A stretch of DNA of 64,000 nucleotides from Eledone cirrhosa (GCA_964016885.1 OZ024747.1:28396001-28460000); one strand, 5' to 3'; shown: positions 49,440-64,000, counted from the first letter of the stretch. The notes: generated from the sequence alone by a model not told the origin. Numbers and translations: made by a program.

Positions 49440-50790
49440 TTTCCTAGCATGTTGCTGTAAGTTTGGATGATTACCACATACATAGTTTTTGTAGAAAGTT
49501 ACCAAATCATTGTTATCAAATGCTCTTCTCAAGTCTATATCAGACTTCAAATGTGGAAACCATCAGGACTGTCTTCAGGTGCCATGTCAAATGGCTGAGA
49601 AACCAGTTTGAACTCAGTTTCACATTTCCTGAAATCAACAAATCTGCTTATAAATTCAGCACGTAAATCTGGCATTTCTGCTTTTCTGACAGCTAGACTG
49701 GGAAAATGAATAAGTGCTATTCTACTCAGCTGAGTCTGAAAAAGTTATAGTTTCTTTTCAAACGTACAAATGTGTTCAAATATCTTGTTCACCAACTGAC
49801 TTTTACCTTGCAGTTTAACATTTAAATCTGAAAGATGTTGTGTGATGTCAGTTAGGAAAGCAATGTCATTTAAACAGTGATCCTCACTTAAATAAAAACC
49901 ATCTTGTTGTTTATTTATCATGAATAATCTAATCTCCTTTCTTAGATTCCAAAACATCAAGATAATCCGAGTCAAGTTCTAAAAAAAGCCTTAAATTCCG
50001 GATGATTTAGTCCCCGAGCACGAACGAAATTCACACATTGAACAACATTTTTTATAACATCAGTAAAGCTGAGTACTTTTGTGTGTAAGCTTTCATGGTG
50101 TATAATGCAATGATTCAGCACAACTTCTTGCGAACGAATGGTATCCAAAAATGTCTTGGTGAATCCATTGGTTCTACTTGTTATTGAGGGTTCCCCACCA
50201 GTTGTCAGGCCATACAGTTTAGAAGGGCGAAGGTGAAACTTCTCTATTAACTTCAAGACTTGCTCATTAATGTCTTGTCCAGTGGTTATGTAAGGCATAC
50301 TCGCCATGTCCAAAAATTCTTCAATTATTTCAAAATTGTCAGTAACTCTTCATACAAACACAACCAATTGTGCAGTGTCACTTACATCTTTACTTTCATC
50401 GAGAGCCAAACTATATGCTTCACATCTATTTATCCTCTCTTTTAAAGTCTCTTCAATATTTCCTGCAAGTTGATTTATTCTGCACGACAGAGTAAAACAG
50501 GACAGACTTGTTTGCTTCAATAAATGCTTCTTTTCGGGGCATGCATAATCAGTAAATATGCCCAAACAACTTTTGATGAATTCTACATCACTGAAGGGTT
50601 TCCCCTTTTCTGCAATGGATTTACAGAATTTGAAACTAAGTTTTGTTACAAGCTCATAGTCTTCCTTATAAAGTGTAAATACTCCTTGTTGCTTCTTAAT
50701 TAAATTAATCATCTGTTCTAGTTTATCCACTTGAGCTTGACCTACCAATATATCATACATGGTAGAATGTTTTGTTTTCTACATGCTACC
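49440..50790 (-). mobile_element. hAT (Charlie/SPIN group, GTF2IRD2-like) transposase pseudogene
   Basis: KPFSDVEFIK, SLALDESKDVSDTAQL, TTGQDI, HCIIH, AFLTDITQHLSDLNVKLQGK in broken frames. Confidence 0.88.
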
Positions 50791-51253
50791 CAAAATATTA
50801 TATCAGTTTGAATTATTACAAAGCCGAAACGAAAGGCTCGAAAGTGCAATTTTGAAGAAACTCAATTGATGGTCTGTCTTATAGCAAATATAAGAAATGA
50901 ATAATAAATTTTATGAGCTAAGTATTATTCAAGAAATTTTCTAAGTAAACAATAAATTTTCAGAGTGAAAATATTGGATGTGGTCTATAAAAATGCCTAT
51001 AAACATCAAAACATAAAGTAAAACATAGGCCGGCAAATACGGTATATTGTTATTTAGCGTTAAAAAGCATGAAAAAATATATCTTGCCATGAAAAAACCT
51101 ATTAAAAAATCGGGGAAGATATTTACAATTCTGTGAATATGCGGTGGTTTCCACAAACAATTATTAGTTAGGTTCTAAGGAAAATTCTGCAAATAACCAG
51201 ACTGCGAATGATGGGGTTATACTGCATATATATATTTATATACACACACACAC

Positions 51254-51304
<51 letters not shown>

Positions 51305-52359
51305 CACATACATAAAAGAGGGTGAGTTTCAGGATGGTCTTGATAAAAAATGGATTAAGTAAATCTCTTGGATAACCCACACAGTGACTTTTTTTATAGT
51401 GGTAATGGGTTGTGTGGGACCATTCACACTTTTTGGTTTTTCTGATAGCAACAGTTGGGGACAAATATGCCACAAGACCTTAAGCTTTCTGTTCAGAGTT
51501 TTCCATCTCATGAGGTGAGCTATTGTGTGCCAGACACCAACCTGGTATTTTAATTCCATGCACACATATCCGCGCATCTATCCATCCATCACATATATTG
51601 CTTCTAGTGTAACACACACACAAGCACAAACATTTAATATACGCGTATTTAAAAAAAAAAGATAAAAGATAAAAAAGTTTTTAAAAAGGTCTATATTAAA
51701 ATATATGAAATTATATAAAAATAAATACATATGTACACAGAACTGGATGACCATTCACTCTCAAGATCGGTTTTGTTTTTCATTATGATGGGGTTGCCGG
51801 TTTAGTCACTGACGACCTTGTGGTAGATTGTACTGGGCTACCTGTTACCAGTAGCACTCTAGAACAACCTATGCTCACTCCACTTTTCCCTTCACTGTAT
51901 ACACATATACACACCCTTATATTAACATACTTTTACTCATAGCTTTGTAATTACAGACACACACACATTTCTTCTTAGCTTCGTACGGACATATAATAAT
52001 ACACATACACACACACACATGCTTACACATGTTTTTTTTACTATTTCAGATAGACGCGCTCCATCATCCACTTTTCTAAAAAATACATCATACACAAAAT
52101 GCCAGCATCAACAGTTTTGTAAGAGATGCCAACATGAATGGACCTGTTATTTTTATCTAAAGACATTTTTTCCAATACCCCCCACCCCCACCCCCCTCCA
52201 CACACCCGTACCCTCAATCTATCTTATTTCTCATTCTTTCTTCTGATGAAGGACTAGCGTCCAAAACGTTACGACCCTCTTCCTGCTATATCAAGTGTTA
52301 ACCTAATATATCCCTTCCATATACTGTACCGATTGTGTTGTTATTTCTGTTTACCTTTT

Positions 52360-52391
<32 letters not shown>

Positions 52392-53058
52392 CAATGTATG
52401 ATAAGGTCTGACTATAATTTTATGATATCCCTACATCATCATATGATAATATCTGGCTATATATTACTGACGTGATATCTACATTAACAGGTGATTATAG
52501 ATGGCTTTATATTGGTGATAACTTTACTTCAATTTGTTATAATATTGGTTCAATATTGGTGACATATCTATATTTCATACTAATTATATCTACTGTTTAT
52601 TCCAGTTTTCTAATACACTTTTCAATATCCAAATAACATCTGTAATATCGGGAGGTTGGATTGAACCCATCAGTGTAACATTCTTCTTAATATAATGAAC
52701 TGCACCTTGTCATATTACATAGCTACACAGAAGTGTGTCCTGGTCATGAAGTAGTTATGGGTCATTACCATGTTTCCAATTAAAGTGTGAATACCAGGTG
52801 TGAAGTCACTTCACTAGATTAACTTTTCAGACACTAACTACTATCTCAAAAATAATTACAAGGTGAAACAACAAAAACAGGGGGAAAAAATTATGATGAC
52901 AGTTGCATAATTCTTTTTTAAAAACACCAGCAAGTCAAGCTTAAAGGGAATTTTCAATTCATTTATCGTGTTTAACACAATCTATCTTATATTTATCTGC
53001 TGTTTAGGCAGTATGCAACATCTGGGTAGAATCTCATGACTGGCTGACAAATCTGCGC

Positions 53059-53187
53059 CAGCAGCAGCAGCAGCACCAGCACCAGCACAACAACAACAAC
53101 AGCAGCAGCAGCAGCAACAACAATAACAGCAGCAGCAGCAACAACAGCAGCAGCAACAACAACAACAACAACAGCAACAGCAACAGC

Positions 53188-53218
<31 letters not shown>
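53059..53218. repeat. (CAG/CAA)n trinucleotide tract
   Basis: Directly visible; abuts the left edge of the duplicated block. Confidence 0.9.
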
Positions 53219-53871
53219 TAATCATAATGATTTCTTTATTGGCCACAAGGGCTGACATCAAGAAAAACATTACAGACGACACAGAACGGTACGATGTGGA
53301 TTTTGTGCGTGTAAAGATTTTTATTATTTATAGGTTAACTTTGCCTTTCATCCTTATGGGGTCGATAAAATAAAGTACCAGTAAGGCATTGAGTAATTGC
53401 TGGCCTTGTGCCAAAAAAAAGTAGAAACAATTATTTATATAAGAAAAGAAAAAAAAGACATAGAAACATATATATATATATATATAAACAATAAAAATGA
53501 AAATTGAAACAATGAAAAATTCCCCAATAGGGGGGAAACCTCCGAGGGTTACTCGTGGCGAAAACCACACAAAAGACCACGGCCACCCTGACCACCAGGG
53601 CAAGCGCCCTCTCTCAATTTTTCCATTTCTCAAATAATAATAATAATAATAATTGTTTCTACTTTTGGCACAAGGCCAGCAATTACCCAGTGCATTACTG
53701 GTACTTTATTTTATCGACCCCCGTAAGGAGGAAAGGCAAAGTTAACCTCAGCAGGATTTGAACTCAGATCAGAAAGGGGCGTAACTCTGTGCTACAAAGC
53801 ATGTTGTCCGACCCTCTACTGACACTGCCAAACCACCACCCTTAATAAATAATAATAATAATAATAATAAT

Positions 53872-54890
53872 AGTAGTGAATGTAAGATGCTTGCCCAGGA
53901 AGAGTAGAAGAGGAGGCATGACAACATTGCCAAATTGGTTCATTGGAAGCTCTGTCATATGTATGATGTGAGCAGAAATGAGAAATGGTATGAACACCAA
54001 CTGGAAAAGGTGGCTGAAAATGAAAAGTATAAGATCTTGTGGGACATGACCATCCAGTGCAATCATTTTATTGTGGCTAGAAAGCCTGACATTGTTGTAG
54101 TAGAAAAGAAGAATAACAAGGCATATATGGTGGATATTGCTTCACCATGGGACCACAGGGTGAATGAGAAGGAAAGTAAGAAAAGTTGAGAAAAACCAGC
54201 AGCTGAACAGAAAAATCAGGAAACTGGAGAATCAGACACATAAAAGTGGTATTGATTGTGGTTAGCACACTGGGAGCAGTTAGTAGAAGGGTGGATGCAT
54301 GGCTTGAGAAGCTAGGAATTATCATCAGGACGGGATTGTTGCAGAAAACACCCTTGTTGGAAAATAGAAGGCAAAGGAATGACCCAAAGGACCTTTGACC
54401 TTTGGTTATGGTTCGCTCTTTTGGTATAGTCAGTATAACATCTGCCAGAACAAAAGTGTTATGAATAATCATAATAATAATAATATTATAGTCAAAGATC
54501 ACAAAGAAAAAAAGTCTTCTAATAGATGTATCAATCCCCACAGATGACAATATATCTTCCAAGGAAATTGAGAAACTCTCCAAATATAAATATCTAGAGA
54601 TAGAAATAACTCAAATGTGGAAAATGAAAACAGAAATAATACTTATAATAATAGGTGCTCTTGGAATCATAAAAAACACACAGACAAATACATAACCAAA
54701 ACCCCAGGACTTACAAATATATACAGCATACAAAATATAGCACTACTAGGCATTGCTGCCCACATATTACAAAAAGTAGTATCAATGCAATAGAAACAAC
54801 ATCAGCAAAACTACACTGCACATACCCAAGGTGCACAGAGCTGTGCTCGGTAAAGCAGTAATGATGTACAATAAAATTAGTGGTGATAAT
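53872..54890 (+). mobile_element. Duplicate of the Dong-like fragments at 4507-5460
   Basis: Near-identical sequence and ORF (53935-54189). Confidence 0.8.
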
Positions 54891-55734
54891 AATAATTTAA
54901 TAAATATTTCTAATTTAGGCGCAAGGCCAGTATTTTGTAATAAATAGTTGTTATAAATTATATAATTCCAATAGGTGGCTGATCAATACATTGTGAAATC
55001 TTTGACATTTAGTGAGGAACTGCCAGTTAGTGGGGAATGGAATTTAGAAGATGGTTTTCTTCCTCTTTATTGTTCCATAATATTCTCAGATCTTTCATGT
55101 TTGGTATCCATTTTGACAATTTCTGGTATATTAGAATGAAGGTCTACAACACAAAAGAATAACATCAACAACATCATCATCATCATTGCCAACATCAATA
55201 ACATTATCAACATCAATAACATCAACAATATCAGCATCATTATCGCCATAACCAACAGCAATATCAGCACCATCAACAACACCACAACACCACCAACATC
55301 ATCAACCACATCAAAAACAATATCAATAAGATTATTAACAACATCATTAATACCATCAACACCATCAGCATCTACATCATCAACATCGACGACATTAACA
55401 TCAACATCATCAGTAACAATATCGTCAACAATATCAACAACTACATCAAAATCATCAACAACATCATCATTGCTAACATCAACATCATTATTAACCTCTT
55501 CAGATAACTCATCCTAACATGTATGCATTCCTGTGCCACAGACGAGATAACTTGTCCTAACATGTTTAAACACTTTTCCAACAGTTTATAACTTCAAAGT
55601 TATGAACTCGTTTCCAACAGTTCATAACTTCAAAGTTATGAACTCGTTTCTAAAACTTCATAACTTCGAAGCTAAATGGGGTTACTAATTTATTGATATG
55701 ACGTTTGTCAATCATTCAGATATGTGTTGTTATA

Positions 55735-57232
55735 GAGGTTTTAGTTAAAGTCTGTCTTGAGTCCAGAGAGTTTAGTTCAAGTCTGCCTTGAGTCTAGGGA
55801 TTTTAGTTAAAATCTGTCTTAAGTCTAGAAATTTTAGTTCAAGTCCGTCTTGAGGATAGAGATTTTAGTTAGTCTGTCTCGAGTCTCGAGTTTTTAATAT
55901 CACTGTCACAAATAAGGCCTTAATGTCACAAATATGGTATCACTGTCATAAATATGGTATCACTGTCATAAATATGGCATTAATGTCACAAATATGGCCT
56001 TAATATCACAAATATGGTATCACTGTAATAATATGGCATCAATTATGGTGTCAATGCCACAAATATGGCTTCAACGTCACAAATATAGCCTCACTGTTAC
56101 AAATATAGCCTCAACGTCACAAATATAGCCTCTTTGTCTGTTGTGTGCCTGAAGTTTTTAGTTAAAGTCTGTTTTGAGTCTAGAGATTCATCAAGCCAGA
56201 GCTTAGCCTGGTTGCATGGATTCATGAGGTGTTAATCAGCTGGAAGTACAAGACTGTCTCTTGGACAGGATGCTAATCTATCACAAGGTCAACTCTTAAC
56301 TGTTGGTGATACTCATGACTTGAACAACATGTCAAAGGATGGAAGGCACAACCAGAAAGGGATGTGAAGTCAGAATGTAAAGATACAGAGCAAAATGCAT
56401 TGTGATATTTTTTCTGACTCTCTAATGATCCTATCAATCTCTCATGGTGCATATAGATCCAGATAATAATTTCTAGCTGTGGCACAGCAGCACAATTTTG
56501 GAAGAAGAGAGTGAGGAGAAAGTTGACTAGATCATCATTTGAAAGGAAGAACACCAAATAAAAGCTGGAGAGTTACTTACAAACAATAAAATAAGAAATG
56601 CTTCGTAGGCTAAACTCCATCCATAGCCAAATAAATCAAACAAACTTCCAGCAATTGAAAATCCAGAGAAATAGCTGTCGAACATAGAATTACAGAAACA
56701 TGTCACAAATATGGTATTACTGTCATAAATATGGCATCAATGTCACAAATATGGTGTCAGTCACAAATATGGTGACAATGTCACAAATATAGCCTGATTG
56801 TCACAAATATGGGATCAATATCACAAATATGGTATCACTGTCACAAATATAGTATTAATGTCATAAATATGGTATTAATATGGTGTCAATGTCAAAATAT
56901 GGCTCAACGTCTCAGATATAACCTCAATGTTATAAATATGGTGACAATGTCACAAATATAGTATCAACAACACCAATATAGCCCGATTGTCACAAATATG
57001 ACATCAATGTCACAAATATGGTGTTAGTCATAAATATGGTATCACTGTCATAAATATGACATCAATGTCACAAATACAACTTCAATGTCACAAATATGGC
57101 CTCACTGTCTTAAACATGGTATCAATGTCATGAACATGGCCTCAATGTCAGAAATATGACTTCAATGTCACAAATATGGTATCAATGTTGTAAATATGGT
57201 ATCACTGTCACACATATGGTGTCAGTTACAAA
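55735..57232. repeat. 30-bp (agtctgtcttgagtctag) and 20-bp (tgtcacaaatatggtatcac) minisatellite blocks
   Basis: 20-bp units at 55900-56130 and 56700-57232; 30-bp units at 55735-55890. Confidence 0.85.
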
Positions 57233-58827
57233 TAATTGTTTCTACGTTAGGCACAAGGCCAGCAATTACCCAGTGCATTACTGGTACTTTATTTTATCGA
57301 CCCCATAAGGATGAAAGGCAAAGTTAACTTTGGCGGGATTTGAACTCAGAATGGCAAGGGCCGTAACTCTATACGTCAAAGCATGGCGTCTGACCCTCTA
57401 CCAATACTGCCAATCCACCACCCTTAACCAATACTGCCAATTCACCGTCCCAAATTGAAATAATGGTTTCTAATTTAGGCATAAGGCTAGCAATTTTGGG
57501 GAGAGATGAAATCGGCCACTGTACTTGACTAGTACTTGATTTTATCAACCCCCTCCTCCAATCTTTCCCCAGGAGAATAACAGGTAAAGATGACTTCAGC
57601 AGGGTTTGAAACCAGAAAGTGAAAAGCCAGAACACCATCCTATTAGGAAGAAATAATATTATCTACAAATAACAATGTTGACATATGCACACATTCATAC
57701 ATACCTACCTACATACATACATACATGATGGCTGCAAACTCTGCTAAGAGAATTACAATCGCTTGTCAAATTATAGAGTTTGGTGCACTTTTAGGCTACG
57801 GCCAGCCACACGAACCTGTAACATATCCTGAACAAGAAATACCTGTGCTTTAAAGGTTTTTTAAGTGGGGAAAGGCTTTGCACTCGACTAATACCACTCT
57901 CTGAGCATCGAAAACACTACCCAAAAAGGAGAACTGGTCAACATCATCGGATTCTTTGGAAGCTGCAGTTTTTTTTTTCAGAGTTTCTCTCTCCTAGAAA
58001 GGAGATGTGACAAGAACTGGGGGTCTTTCACTCCCAGATGAGGGATAAAAAAAGAACTATTTGGATGGCTGTTGACTCTGCTGAGTTCCTCCGCCCTTTG
58101 CCGGGTCTTGTATTTCATCCCGCAGGGTGTCCAAATATCACCCTCCTCACCAAGCTACCTTGGTGGGGTTGCCGGTTTAGTCACCGATGACTCGACCATA
58201 CATACATACACACACATACATCAGACATACATATACACAAACACACACCAATACAGAAACACATTCTCTACCATCTACAGCATCACCTGTAAGGGAGTAT
58301 CAATAACAAGAATAGTGTCTGATATTTATTGCCTAAAATGTCACTCAGACACTCTCCTTGTTGTTAATATATATTAACAACATATACACTTACCCAAGAT
58401 ATATACTTGTGTAATAAATGCCATTTATTACACTGGCTTCATGTAAGGTTTGTTCCGTTTTCGTGCCCCTAAAAATGAAGTACAAACACAATTTTCCATA
58501 GATGTTAACCATAATGTAAAATAAGTATCTCTTACCGTCTTACACTACATGAAACCACATTAGCAATACATTCTTGAAAAGTACCAAACTACATCACATT
58601 AAAGTCTTTACTCTTAAACGGTAAATTTATACAAGGATTTATCCACTACTAAAGATACTATAAACATTTGAATTAACAAACTCATCTTTAGATATTTTCT
58701 GCAAAATCATTGCAGGATGTTAACAGTTAAACATACAGTTGTTTTAAATCTACTAAAATTACATATTAGTTTAGTCTCCTCTCCTCTTCTTACTAGATCA
58801 CTTCACAAATGTCAAATAATGAATAAT

Positions 58828-59384
58828 GCTGTGTGCAGGAGAGGAGGTTGGTATGGACATGTGATGCGTATGAAGGATGACAGCTGCATAAAAAGGTGCA
58901 GAGCACTAAAAGTCGATGGAAGCCTTGGAGTAGGGAGACCCAAGAAGACCTGGGATGAGATGATAGAAGCTTACCTTGTCCAATTGCACCTCTCAAAGGC
59001 GATGGCACAGGACCGTGACCTCTGGCATCACGCAGTAATACAGAAGACCCGACTTCCCATGGGAACAAGCTGACGCTGAAGCATATAGACAATATGTCCC
59101 ATCCCCTCCCACTGCAAAGTGGTTGTGGCGGTGTCACGACAAAAAAATACCCAGCCCACACTGTAAAGTGGTCATGTAGGCGCCATGGAAAAAAAGCATC
59201 CAGCACTCACTGTAAATGAGGTTGATGTTAGGAAGGGCATCCAGCTGTAGAAATTAAGCCAAATCAGTTCCCATATGAGCAAGACAAGACCACCCGACTT
59301 GGCATTGCCCACAACAGAACAACCCGTTTAACCCATGCTAGCGTGGAAAAATGGACATAAAACGGTGATGATGATGATGATGAT
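58828..59384 (+). mobile_element. RTE LINE 3' end fragment
   Basis: WYGHVMRMKDDSCIKRCRAL..GRPKKTW, 3'UTR and (GAT)n tail, closely similar to 3560-4114. Confidence 0.9.
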
Positions 59385-59409
59385 ATATATATATACATAT
59401 ATATATATA

Positions 59410-59794
59410 TGAGGGCAATCCCAAAAGTAAGGTCTCCTTTCGATATTGCAACTTTTCCGTTAAAATCCTGTGGATGGTGCTTCGGGAAACCTCAGGAACC
59501 AAAAGGCAGAGAACATCCAGAGTGATCTTCACGCATGTTTTCCTCGGATGGAGACCGTACTTTTGGGATTACCCTCTATATAATAACTGCACGAAATTCG
59601 CACTTCGCGGTAGTGTTCAACGGGAGCTCCATTCTCAACGGCTGCCAAGCCAAGACTGAGCATCCCAGCGAAGCGCACACATGCTTGTTTGGGAGTGAAG
59701 GTAGCACCAATCACAACAGTGTTGTCAACAGCTGTACGAACAGTTTCTCTGCGTCCCCATCACTTTGGAGACCTTACTTTTGGGATTACCCTCG
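59410..59794. mobile_element. Mariner-derived non-autonomous element in (TA)n
   Basis: TIRs gagggcaatcccaaaagtaaggtctcc / ggagaccttacttttgggattaccctc; extra internal TIR at about 59550-59577; transposase remnant VSRSTIHRILTEKLQYRK. Confidence 0.85.
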
Positions 59795-59801
59795 TATATA
59801 T

Positions 59802-59851
<50 letters not shown>

Positions 59852-60086
59852 AGTATAGATATATATATATATGAGGATGTCCAACCGATACCAATTTTGC
59901 TCTATGAAAGAATTAACAGAAATCAATATTTTCAGATTTCATGAGTAATAACAATATTATGAGTATTGTGAGTATAATATTGGCCAAATCAGACTGTTTT
60001 TCTAGCAGCCTGCTACCTGCCATTGTCCACCTCCCACTACCCATCTGTTAACTGCAGATCACATGATATTTCTTCCATTTGAAATT

Positions 60087-60277
60087 GATTGGCAGTATCG
60101 GTAGAGGGTCGGGCGCCATGCTTTGAAGCATGGAGCTACCTCCCTTTATGATCTGAGTTCAAATCCCGCCGTGGTTAACTTTGCCTTTCATCCTTACAGG
60201 GTCGATAAAATAAAGTACCAGTAATGCACTGGGATAATTGCTGACCTTGTGCCAAAAGTAGAGACAATTATTATTAG
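60087..60277 (+). mobile_element. tRNA-derived SINE with Nin-like core and (ATT)n tail; further copies at 1-60, 180-280, 4262-4467, 10296-10474, 30665-30770, 47550-47734, 53333-53435, 53650-53842, 57232-57423
   Basis: A box tggcagtatcgg, B box gagttcaaatc, core gcctttcatcct..gggtcgataaaataaagtaccag. Confidence 0.85.
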
Positions 60278-60444
60278 TAGTGGGTAACAAGGAGGAATAT
60301 TTCTTTCTTGATTGAGAAGTTCCCTGAGGAGCTGAGTTACTTACAATAGTCATAATATTGTTATTACTCAGCAAAACTGCAGTGAAAACATCAAAGTAAG
60401 TAGGTAAAAAATTTTTCCTATCTTGTTTACTTTTCCCAAATATA

Positions 60445-60483
<39 letters not shown>

Positions 60484-60527
60484 TATATATATATATATAC
60501 ACACACACACATATATATATATATATA

Positions 60528-60528
<1 letters not shown>

Positions 60529-60561
<33 letters not shown>

Positions 60562-62741
60562 GTTTAATGTCCATGTTCCACGCTTGCATGGGTTTGGACG
60601 GGAGTTTTCCCACTTGAGGCAAGAGTGGTTGTCTTGCTCGCATAGGACTGTCTGGCGGGTTTTCTACAGCTGGATGCCCTTCCTAACACCAACCACATTT
60701 ACAGTGTGGGACTGGGAGGTTTTTACCGTGTTGCCTACATGGCCACATTACAGCGTGGACTGTGTGTTTTTTTGTCGTGACACCTACACGATCTCATTTG
60801 TTTCGGCCTGGATGTTGTGGCACCAATGTACTTTACATTGAAAGGGGCGGTGTGGATGAGATGGGGGTGGTGTGACGGGGGCGTATTTTGTTAGAGATGC
60901 CTACTGACTGTAGTAGGTTTTACTTTGTATTTAGGTAAGGCGGGTCTTCTCTATTACTGAGTACCGCCAAAGGTCTCGGTCCAGTGACATTGTCTTGGAG
61001 AGGTGTAAGTGTGTGAGGTCGGAATTTATCAGTTCGTCCCAGGTTTTTCTGGGTCTGCCTACTCCGTGGCTACCGTCTATCTTTATTGCCCTGCACTTTT
61101 TTATACAGCTGTCGTCTTTCATGCGCATCACGTGACCATACCAACGTAGCCTTCTCTCGAGTAAACAACATCTGATCCCTCTTATTTCTAATTTTTCCCT
61201 TAGTTCGTTTATGCTTTGCCGTTCACGTATATTACTATTACACATCCAGCGGAGCATGCAAGCTTCGTTCCTCTCTAGTCTGCATATATCCTCTGCACAC
61301 AATGCCCAGGTCTCACTGCCATGCAACATTGCTGTTCGTATGCAGGCATCATACAACCTGCCTTTCATTTTTAGGGAGAACCCTTTAGCGGCTAATAGTG
61401 GTATAAGCTCTCTGAACTTTTTCCATCCAGTTCTGACTCTAGCTACTGTACTTTCAGAGCACCCTCCCCCACTGCTGATTTTGTCACCCAGGTAACGGAA
61501 GCTGTCCACTATTTCTATAGAATCCTCTGCGCAATTGAAAGAGCTAGTATTTTGTGGGCACTTGCTGCTACTTATTGCACTAGAGCACCGGCCACATGTA
61601 AAATCTATGTTCTTAGTTAGCTTACCTGTGATCCCACTACATCTTTTATGCACCCATACTTTGCATTTGGGACATAAAATGGAGTTTCTACCTACGCCTT
61701 TCCTACACACTGAGCATGGCCATTTCCCGGAAGGGACCGGCGCCTTATTTTCTTTCCTACAAACTAGAACTTTAGTCTTAGCCAGGTTAATTTTAAGGCC
61801 TTTTGATTCTAGGCCGTGCTTCCATGTTTGGAATTTCTTCTCTAGCTCGGCCATTGATTCAGCTATGAGCGTTAGATCATCTGCGTATAGGAGTTCCCAT
61901 GGGCAGCCGGTCTTGAACTCCACTGTTATAGCCTGAAGGGCAATAATAAATAGTAGGGGGCTAAGAACAGAGCCCTGATGAACACCAACTTTTACGCTAA
62001 ACTCTTCACTATATTCGTTGTTAATTCTAACCTTGCTGACTGTTTCTTTATACATGGCTTGTATAGCTCTCACAAGCCATTCGTCAACAGCTAGTTTTCT
62101 AAGAGCCCACCAGATAATGGAACGGGGGACTCTGTCGAAGGCTTTCTCCAGGTCAACAAAAGCTAAGTATAGGGGTTTACTTTTAGCTAGGTACTTCTCC
62201 TGTAGTTGTCGTACAATGAAAAGAGCGTCTGTGGTACTTTTGCCTGACACAAACCCAAACTGCATTTCATCTAGATCGATTCTCTCTCTGATTAGTTGCG
62301 CTATTACTTTTTCCGTGACCTTCATGACCTGGTCGATTAATGTAATGCCTCTATAGTTACTCCTATCTAGGGCATTCCCTTTACCCTTGTAACAGTTAAT
62401 GATGATGCTGCTACGCCAGTCCTTCAGAACAACCCCATTCTGTATGACTTGGTTTACTATCCGGGTGACCATGGTGTGTCCCACCGTTCCAGAGGCTTTC
62501 AGCATCTCAGCAACTATTTCCGAAGGCCCAGCCGCCTTACCCGTCTTCATATCTTTGATTGCCTTACTTATTATACTACCTTCGACTAACACTGCTGGTC
62601 CCTCTATTGGGTCGATGTGGGGGAGACTGTCTTTCTCCCATTTATTCTCCTCATTTAGAAGCCGTTCGTAGTAACACTTCCAAGCTACCTTCTCATCAGC
62701 GTCAGTGATGGCAAGTACACCATCATCATTAAGTACACACA
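60529..62741 (-). mobile_element. 5'-truncated RTE LINE with an uninterrupted RT ORF of about 600 aa
   Basis: ORF 60931-62784 has KAFDRV, QGSVLSP, YADD and a Cys-rich insert; related to the element at 324-4114; (GAT)n tail at 60529-60560. Confidence 0.95.
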
Positions 62742-63024
62742 TATATATAACAAAGAAGGTGTGGTAAGATACCAGGTGGACCATAATGCACCAGAGTACT
62801 CAATACTTAGGGTAGTAGAGTGGGTAATAGGAAAAGAGTCAGGATCCCGACGGCTGAGCTCCGGCTGTTTCAACAGCTAGATCAGAACAGCTGTCGAAAC
62901 AGCCAGAGTTCAACCCCGGTTAGTTTGGATTTTATATCCAATACAGCGTAAGTACATCTTACTACCTAATTTGCAAATTCGCTAGTCTTTTGTAAACAAA
63001 GCCTGCTTTGTGTCTCCCTATTTA

Positions 63025-63310
63025 TATCATCATCATCATCATTATAGTTTAACGACTATCTTCCACGCTAGCATGGGTTAAACGGGAGTTGTCCCACTTG
63101 AGGCAAGATTGGTCGGGTGACCGCGTCTCGCTCGTATAGGACTATCTGGCAGGTTAGTAGTATAATACTGCATGCCGCCAAAGATCCAGTGGCATTGTCT
63201 TAGAGATGTGCAAGTGTGCAAGGTCAGACTTTATCATGTCGTCCCAGGTTTTTCTTGGTCTACCTACTCCATAACTTCCCTCAATTTTGATCGCCCTGCA
63301 CCTTTTTATA
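63025..63310 (-). mobile_element. Short RTE 3' fragment
   Basis: KRCRAIKIEGSYGVGRPRKTWDD plus 3'UTR end and (GAT)n. Confidence 0.8.
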
Positions 63311-64000
63311 TATATATATATACCTGCTATGGTTATATAGCATGTAATTGAATGGAAGGAAGTATGGGTGGCGTGTTGGTGTAATGGTAACACATTGGTC
63401 CGGCAAACCAAAGATGTGGGTTTGTGTCCCATGTACATCAATACTCATCCTTTTTTCCATTCAGAGGTTTTTTTAAAATCCCAACTAACAGACTAATTCT
63501 ATTTAGTCAAATACAGCATAAGCACATGTTATTACCTAATTTTCAAATTCGCTAGCCATTTGTAAACAACGCCTGCTTTGTGTCTCCCTATTTATACACA
63601 CATATATATATATATATTATCTATATATAATATAAAAGAGAGATGTTTATTGGTTGGTTGGTTGAATCACATGAAAACTACACACACCCACCTAAAGAGA
63701 GAGAGAGCCACAGAGGGACAAGCAGAAAGAGAGAGATAGGCCATTATACAGAGAGAGATACAATTAAAGTGTTAGATATTCAGAGAGAGAGAGTGACATC
63801 CCACAAAAGTCTAGAATTGGCTTAAACTATAGATCAAAGTATCAGTTGAAGGTTTAATATATTTTATAAAGTCATTTTACAGTCTGTGATTTTACAGAAC
63901 AAAGAAAAATTGATACTATTTGAAATTAATCTACCCTCCAGCTTTTATCCATATACTACTCACAGACCGTACTAACGAAGCTAAACCCTTCAGAAGCAAC

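Noticed and set aside
52236-52275. CTGATGA-aggac-tagc-gtcc-AAAA-cgtta hammerhead relic
   Set aside because: GAAA is mutated and stem I has no partner; at most a decayed Penelope terminus.
53006-53220. Possible polyQ exon after an acceptor-like tgtttag
   Set aside because: Frame drifts through Q/H/N/S runs with no donor or partner exons.
55900-57232. Regular 20-bp repeats suggestive of a CRISPR array
   Set aside because: No unique spacers, no cas genes, eukaryotic context; it is a minisatellite.

Overview
AT-rich eukaryotic animal DNA, probably a coleoid cephalopod such as Octopus (inferred from the Nin-domain tRNA-SINEs, RTE/Dong/Penelope repeat mix and abundant (TA)n). It holds two tandem cathepsin L-like genes on the minus strand. 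Copy B is complete: 7 coding exons over 15990-46668, 332 aa, intact Cys/His/Asn triad, plus a likely TATA promoter and 5'UTR exon near 47.9 kb. Copy A (11372 to 6687) shows only its first 5 coding exons, then runs into a duplicate of a block lying upstream of copy B. The rest is mobile DNA: RTE LINEs, Dong/R4 fragments, mariner, hAT, piggyBac-type and Helitron-type elements, SINEs and satellites. The most striking signal is in the large introns of copy B. They hold Penelope-like GIY-YIG elements plus several unrelated non-coding elements inserted in (TA)n tracts with tandem/inverted architecture, each carrying a type I hammerhead ribozyme fold. Two unrelated families have ~590-nt tandem monomers and a compensatory U3-A8 core (UUGAUAA/UUGAAAA), and look like retrozyme/circular-RNA-derived elements. 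All folds were worked out by eye and none has been tested.
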